Source: a virus. From it: DNA of 64,000 nucleotides. Position numbers and translations under genes: made by a program. Below are positions 59,901-64,000 of this stretch, piece after piece; positions within the stretch are counted from its first letter, which is position 1, and every line of letters starts with the position of its first letter. The stretch covers positions 32,001-96,000 of IMG/VR virus record IMGVR_UViG_3300023184_000034. One strand, written 5' to 3'. Under the pieces are notes generated by a model. It saw only the letters and a program-made list of their open reading frames with translations. It made no database searches and was not told the origin of the DNA.

Positions 59901-60290
59901 TTAATACTTAATGAATGAACCATTTTCTCCGTCTTCGGAGACCTCAATCCAAACCTCACGGTTGGGATACTTTTGTGAAATCTGTTGATATAAATCTCCA
60001 GACATCATTTCACAACTCTTGTAGTCTAACGCTAGTATACTATCTTTGTAGAGATTTAGCAACCAGCGTTTAAACTGAATAAACTCAATATCACGGTCGT
60101 CGTGTGTAACACCAATCCAAACTTTAAAGTGGAAGATGTGACGATGCGGATAGCCTAGAAAACTCACATCGTATTCATCACCTGTTGCTAGGTTAGAATC
60201 TGTAAGTGCAGCCGGATACTTGTGCATACCCTCTTTGTTAAAGGTAACCCAAATCATTTTGTTTGGTCTAACGTCTTGCCGAATAATCAT
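59901..60290 (-). CDS. QueD/PTPS-fold protein, probable DpdL-type CDG decarboxylase
   Basis: EG.H.YP, LGYPHRHIF (LxxxHRHxF rather than the QueD CxxxHGH), SCEM, VSEDGENG. Confidence 0.65.
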   Translation of the reverse strand: MIIRQDVRPNKMIWVTFNKEGMHKYPAALTDSNLATGDEYDVSFLGYPHRHIFHFKVWIGVTHDDRDIEFIQFKRWLLNLYKDSILALDYKSCEMMSGDLYQQISQKYPNREVWIEVSEDGENGSFIKY

Positions 60291-60820
60291 TCTGTATCCT
60301 TTGCTGTTTGAACAATTGGTGTGTCATTAACATATTGATCCCAATGTGTGTAAGTTTCCTTGGTCATCAGGCTTGGAAGATGATGAGTCCAAACTCCAGG
60401 GTTTGTTTTGCCCCAAGTTAGGTCATCAATTTTAAGAGTTGCATTGTAGTTAAACAATTTGATATACGGAATCTTAACACTGATCATGGGCACAAACGTG
60501 TCATGTTCACACCAGCCGTCTTCGTGAATTTGATCTGCATACTTGACGTCAAAGTCTAAACTGACCCAATACTTTAAATTAAGTAAAGGGGTAATCATAG
60601 AATTCCATGACTTCCAGTCTTCGTGAGTCGCTGGATTAAAACTTTGACTGGTTCCAAGATAGATATGCTTGCAGTTGTCACTATCTGCAAGTTGCATGAT
60701 TTTTTCTATATCTTGAACGCCTACCACAAACAAAGTTTTCATACCATAACAAACAGTATGCTCAACTTCATCTCCAATAAAAAAATCAATTTGTTTTCGG
60801 GCTTCGGTGTTTAGTCCCAT
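60287..60820 (-). CDS. Hypothetical protein within the deazaguanine cluster
   Basis: 177 aa; FFIG.EVEHT..G.KTLFVVG, KIDD..W..TNPGVW. Confidence 0.65.
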   Translation of the reverse strand: MGLNTEARKQIDFFIGDEVEHTVCYGMKTLFVVGVQDIEKIMQLADSDNCKHIYLGTSQSFNPATHEDWKSWNSMITPLLNLKYWVSLDFDVKYADQIHEDGWCEHDTFVPMISVKIPYIKLFNYNATLKIDDLTWGKTNPGVWTHHLPSLMTKETYTHWDQYVNDTPIVQTAKDTE

Positions 60821-61689
60821 TTGATATAACCTCTACTATAATTACTCGGACGATTTGCGCCGTCCGCAAACGCTTGTTGCCATTCAGTGTTACGATTATA
60901 ACATTTAGTCCAAAAAGAATCAACCTTTAGATAGCCGTTTTCAATCATCCAAACTGCATCTTTCATGCATTGATGAAAATTTGTATTACGTGGACTTGGT
61001 TTAACAGTGGTAACAGCTTTCCAAAGTTGAGCTTGTGCTTCTTCTTTACTTACTGCTTTACCAACTGCATCAACAATTAGGGCATTGTTATTTAGGTTAA
61101 TGTCAATGCCTAAAGCATATTTGCCACTCAAGTCAATCACTACATCATAACTTTCAGTAGTACCAAGTAACAATCGATCTCCCCATAGATCAATATTACT
61201 TGATCCCACAACATCAACATTTTCAAGATGTTTAAATTTGGTCAACGTATGATAAGCCACCCATGCCAAGAATCCACTGCCAATGATCAGTATTTTATCT
61301 CGTCTAGCACAATCCGCCACATCCACTGCATTGATACCACAAGCAACCGGCTCGATAATATAGCGTGGGTGAGCTTCTGGTACTTGTACATATTCATCTT
61401 TGCGTACATTATAAAAGTCTGCATATGCTGGCTCGCCGCGTGTGGCAACAATGTCACCAAAATTCACATCTGTAATGTTAGCACCGATACCAATTACTTG
61501 GCCCAGTCCTTCGTGACCCTGCATTTGCAACGGTAATGGCCCAAAATTACCATTCATCATGTCTATATCACTACGACATACACCGGTCATAACAGCCCGT
61601 ACACAAATTTCATTCTCAGTCAATGTAGGCATGACATATTCCACTTCTTCAAAATAGCCTTGCCCAGTCGTTTGTAAACAGCGTGTCAT
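60811..61689 (-). CDS. Zinc-dependent alcohol dehydrogenase (MDR) family protein
   Basis: GVCRSD, GHEG.G, EPVAC, IIGSGF; lacks the structural-Zn four-Cys lobe. Confidence 0.85.
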   Translation of the reverse strand: MTRCLQTTGQGYFEEVEYVMPTLTENEICVRAVMTGVCRSDIDMMNGNFGPLPLQMQGHEGLGQVIGIGANITDVNFGDIVATRGEPAYADFYNVRKDEYVQVPEAHPRYIIEPVACGINAVDVADCARRDKILIIGSGFLAWVAYHTLTKFKHLENVDVVGSSNIDLWGDRLLLGTTESYDVVIDLSGKYALGIDINLNNNALIVDAVGKAVSKEEAQAQLWKAVTTVKPSPRNTNFHQCMKDAVWMIENGYLKVDSFWTKCYNRNTEWQQAFADGANRPSNYSRGYIKWD

Positions 61690-62570
61690 AAATTTTCTAT
61701 TCTCTCATGTATCCAAGTATCGATTGCATATTGTTTTAACCAAAACTCAGGAGTATCCATATTATCCACAGCATCAACAATCATATTATGGTATGCTTCT
61801 TCCGGACACCAACCTAAATCAAATTGTTCTATTGTATTATCTGGCATAACAAATGTAATAGAACTATCTTCTTTGTCTATGCTACGCCAATTGGCCGCAC
61901 ACTGCCACTTGTTACCAAAATTAATCACGCACATGTCGTCAACATTGTATGTGCCATTGGGGTCAACAACTCCATAGTCAGTACTATCGATATCTTTTAA
62001 TTTCCAACATTGCATGGCAGTTTGGCCAGATACGTTTTCACGTTTCCAATTAGGGTTCATAGCCACATACAAACTCAACAAGTGTGGCATTAAATCTCTG
62101 CTGACACCTCCAAATGCCAACTTCTTGGTAGTGAACCAACTACCTGGACTAGGAATACAATTCTTTCTAATCCAGTTTATCTTTACAGTCCTGGACTTGC
62201 TTGCCAGTTCAACTAGTTCAGCTATATTACTACGCCACATATTGTTTTTAACCATTATGAAGCGTGTTTGTTTAAATTCAGTTACTAGTTTGGTCCAAGT
62301 ATCGCTCGTAGCAACTCCAGGTTTCTCAATAAACACAATTTTACTGTGCGGAGAAACTCTAGCTGCAATTTCAAAGTGTGTAAAGTTGGGAGTACAGATG
62401 TGAGCAGTATCAAATAAACCGTGTATCAGTAACGCTTTATCAACGGAATCAAAATCTGCACCTTTACTAATATCTCGATCCACTGTGACAACTTTGTGAC
62501 CAAGTTTTGTCAGTACATCTTTGTACAAGTTACCAATACCCATGCCAATGACTAGACTACGCTTGCTCAT
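61686..62570 (-). CDS. Gfo/Idh/MocA-family NAD(P)-dependent oxidoreductase
   Basis: VIGMG.G, ICTPNFTH, IEKP, GGVSRDLMPH. Confidence 0.85.
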   Translation of the reverse strand: MSKRSLVIGMGIGNLYKDVLTKLGHKVVTVDRDISKGADFDSVDKALLIHGLFDTAHICTPNFTHFEIAARVSPHSKIVFIEKPGVATSDTWTKLVTEFKQTRFIMVKNNMWRSNIAELVELASKSRTVKINWIRKNCIPSPGSWFTTKKLAFGGVSRDLMPHLLSLYVAMNPNWKRENVSGQTAMQCWKLKDIDSTDYGVVDPNGTYNVDDMCVINFGNKWQCAANWRSIDKEDSSITFVMPDNTIEQFDLGWCPEEAYHNMIVDAVDNMDTPEFWLKQYAIDTWIHERIENL

Positions 62571-62802
62571 TTTTATTTTGCTCGTATTGTTTAAAAAGCC
62601 TAGTCACTGGTTCCATTCTCTCTTGAAATACATCAGGCGCCTGAAGTGCTGTACGTTGCATATCCCAGTCCGTTGGATAGTGACGCAAACAATATCTAGC
62701 ACCATCTTTAATTGCTTTAGGAACTCGAGGAGTATTTAGGATCTCAAGTAAGAACTTTTGAGTCTGTACTACTGCTCGATATCTTTCGTCTGGCAGTGTC
62801 AT
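62557..62802 (-). CDS. Hypothetical protein
   Basis: MTLPDERYRAV...TPRVPK.I...A..CLRHYP. Confidence 0.65.
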   Translation of the reverse strand: MTLPDERYRAVVQTQKFLLEILNTPRVPKAIKDGARYCLRHYPTDWDMQRTALQAPDVFQERMEPVTRLFKQYEQNKNEQA

Positions 62803-63998
62803 TTTTTTACCTGTAATTCTAGCTGGTTTAATTTTGATTCCTCGTCATCACCCCATTCGGGTTCGTCGTCTGATTGTACAGTATCTTCATTGTCTTCTAC
62901 AAAGAATTCGGAGAACTTGCCGCTGGCGTTAACTGTTTTCTTACCAATAGCACCTCGGGTACCAGGAATAGCTTGCCAAAATTTATCAAAGCCGTCAATA
63001 ATTGCCAGTGCTGTTTCTTGATCTGTCGCACTAAAAATAGCATCAACAACATCTTTGAAGTAAACACGTTCAAACTTTTCGTCCACCAGCATTGCAGGAC
63101 ACAGTCCAGAATCGTATTGCCGATTGGCTTCCTGCACACTGTTCAAATGCAACCACACATTATGTCCCATCATGATTGCATATGTAAAACTATCCCAACT
63201 GGTTTTGCCTTCCTTACCAATCTTATTCAAATCACCCGGACCGTAGATACAAATATCTTTCACTTCGACACCGTCCATTAATGGGCTAGTGGTAAACGAT
63301 TCAAAATGCTTGTCTTGCACCACTACTTCTTGGAAGAGACGAGTATCCTTGGCATATTTTTTGTTGTCAAGAGACGGCAACATGCGGTAAAGCCATTTTT
63401 GTCTGTCTTCAATCTCTGTTTGGACATAGATTTGTCCGTTTGCTGTTGCGAGGAAGGGACTTGCGCAATCAAAAGATATGGTAAAGTTTTCATTATGATA
63501 TTTCCTAATAGCTCGTTGTATGTCAGTTAATAACAATGCCCACTCTAGTTTAGAGGTGCCTAGGAAGTGCATCCAGTCTTGATGACCTTTTTCAAGAAGT
63601 CCATCAAACTTCAATGCCACTAATCTACGTAACACTAAATCAACGTCGCACATGTTTTGTCCACCCATGGCCCATCCGTTGAACGGTTTATCATACTTTG
63701 TTGGATCGCAAAAGTCTTTCATTTGCTGATACCAGTCGTTTGCTTGTTTATGGTTTTCGCCTTGCAATACGTTCAAGAACTTACAAGCACCTGTACGATG
63801 TTTGATAAAATATTCGTTATTGTATTTTGTAGCTGCCACTGCTTGATCGTAGTCACCAACTCCGCTGTTTTTAGCACCTACTGGGCTACGACCAACCCAT
63901 GCTGGAATATCCAGTACCATGCCATAGTCCATGAGTGCATCCATCCATGCCAACACTTGCCCACGTTTCTTTTGTGCTGCATCTAGTTTGGCTTGATA
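62799..63998 (-). CDS. dpdA: tRNA-guanine-transglycosylase-like DNA base-exchange enzyme (DpdA-like); N-terminus lies beyond the right window edge
   Basis: TGT-barrel motifs MVLDIP, LNVLQG, GWAMGG, HFLG and SFDCASPF; frame stays open to the window end (..YQAKLDAAQKKRGQVLAW..); clustered with folE and queE. Confidence 0.7.
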   Translation of the reverse strand, partial: YQAKLDAAQKKRGQVLAWMDALMDYGMVLDIPAWVGRSPVGAKNSGVGDYDQAVAATKYNNEYFIKHRTGACKFLNVLQGENHKQANDWYQQMKDFCDPTKYDKPFNGWAMGGQNMCDVDLVLRRLVALKFDGLLEKGHQDWMHFLGTSKLEWALLLTDIQRAIRKYHNENFTISFDCASPFLATANGQIYVQTEIEDRQKWLYRMLPSLDNKKYAKDTRLFQEVVVQDKHFESFTTSPLMDGVEVKDICIYGPGDLNKIGKEGKTSWDSFTYAIMMGHNVWLHLNSVQEANRQYDSGLCPAMLVDEKFERVYFKDVVDAIFSATDQETALAIIDGFDKFWQAIPGTRGAIGKKTVNASGKFSEFFVEDNEDTVQSDDEPEWGDDEESKLNQLELQVKK

Positions 63999-64000
63999 AA

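Noticed and set aside
46098-63986. Plus-strand ORFs across the right arm
   Set aside because: Antisense shadows of the tightly coupled minus-strand genes
53668-63998. Interpretation as host-type queuosine tRNA-modification auxiliary genes
   Set aside because: No queC, queF or queA in the window, the QueD-fold protein is atypical, and no C-terminal Zn-binding CxCxxC of bacterial Tgt is evident; DNA modification is more parsimonious, though unproven
1-64000. Stop-codon reassignment (seen in some large phages)
   Set aside because: Genes up to 15 kb are open in the standard code, and TAA, TGA and TAG all occur at plausible gene ends
1-64000. CRISPR array, tRNA, rRNA, integrase/transposase, intron, intein or DGR
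   Set aside because: No regularly spaced repeats or RNA genes were seen by eye, intergenic gaps are very short, and no reverse transcriptase, homing endonuclease or intein motif was recognised; tRNAscan/Infernal were not run

Overview
64 kb segment of a large T4-like (myovirus-type, probably jumbo-scale, likely aquatic) bacteriophage genome. It is AT-rich, gene-dense and uses the standard genetic code. Left end (minus strand): Mre11/gp47-like nuclease and gp55-like late sigma factor. 1.8-40.6 kb (plus strand): late baseplate/tail module with gp48/54-like, gp53-like, hub, gp5-, gp25- and gp6-like genes, a 5139-aa giant virion protein, a gp9/10-like fibre, a subtilisin protease, three paralogous tail fibres and a polyproline-linked multi-domain protein. 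Directly downstream (40.6-46.1 kb) lie two prolyl-hydroxylase-like 2OG-Fe(II) oxygenases and four glycosyltransferase-like genes. Right arm (minus strand): thyX, a MoxR ATPase/VWA pair, RNase H and a 7-deazaguanine DNA-modification cluster (queE, folE, a QueD-fold DpdL-like protein, a DpdA/TGT-like transglycosylase) interleaved with a phosphoribosyltransferase, a cupin, a GT-B glycosyltransferase and two oxidoreductases. There are two top candidates for an undescribed system: (1) extensin-like proline hydroxylation plus glycosylation of a virion appendage, and (2) a sugar/redox-extended deazaguanine hypermodification pathway. Several regulatory structures are visible directly: a bipartite late promoter present three times, a divergent early/late promoter overlap upstream of the late sigma factor, a promoter whose spacer is a UUCG hairpin, and a T4-type start-codon-sequestering hairpin. 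All functional calls are from motif recognition only; no database searches were run.
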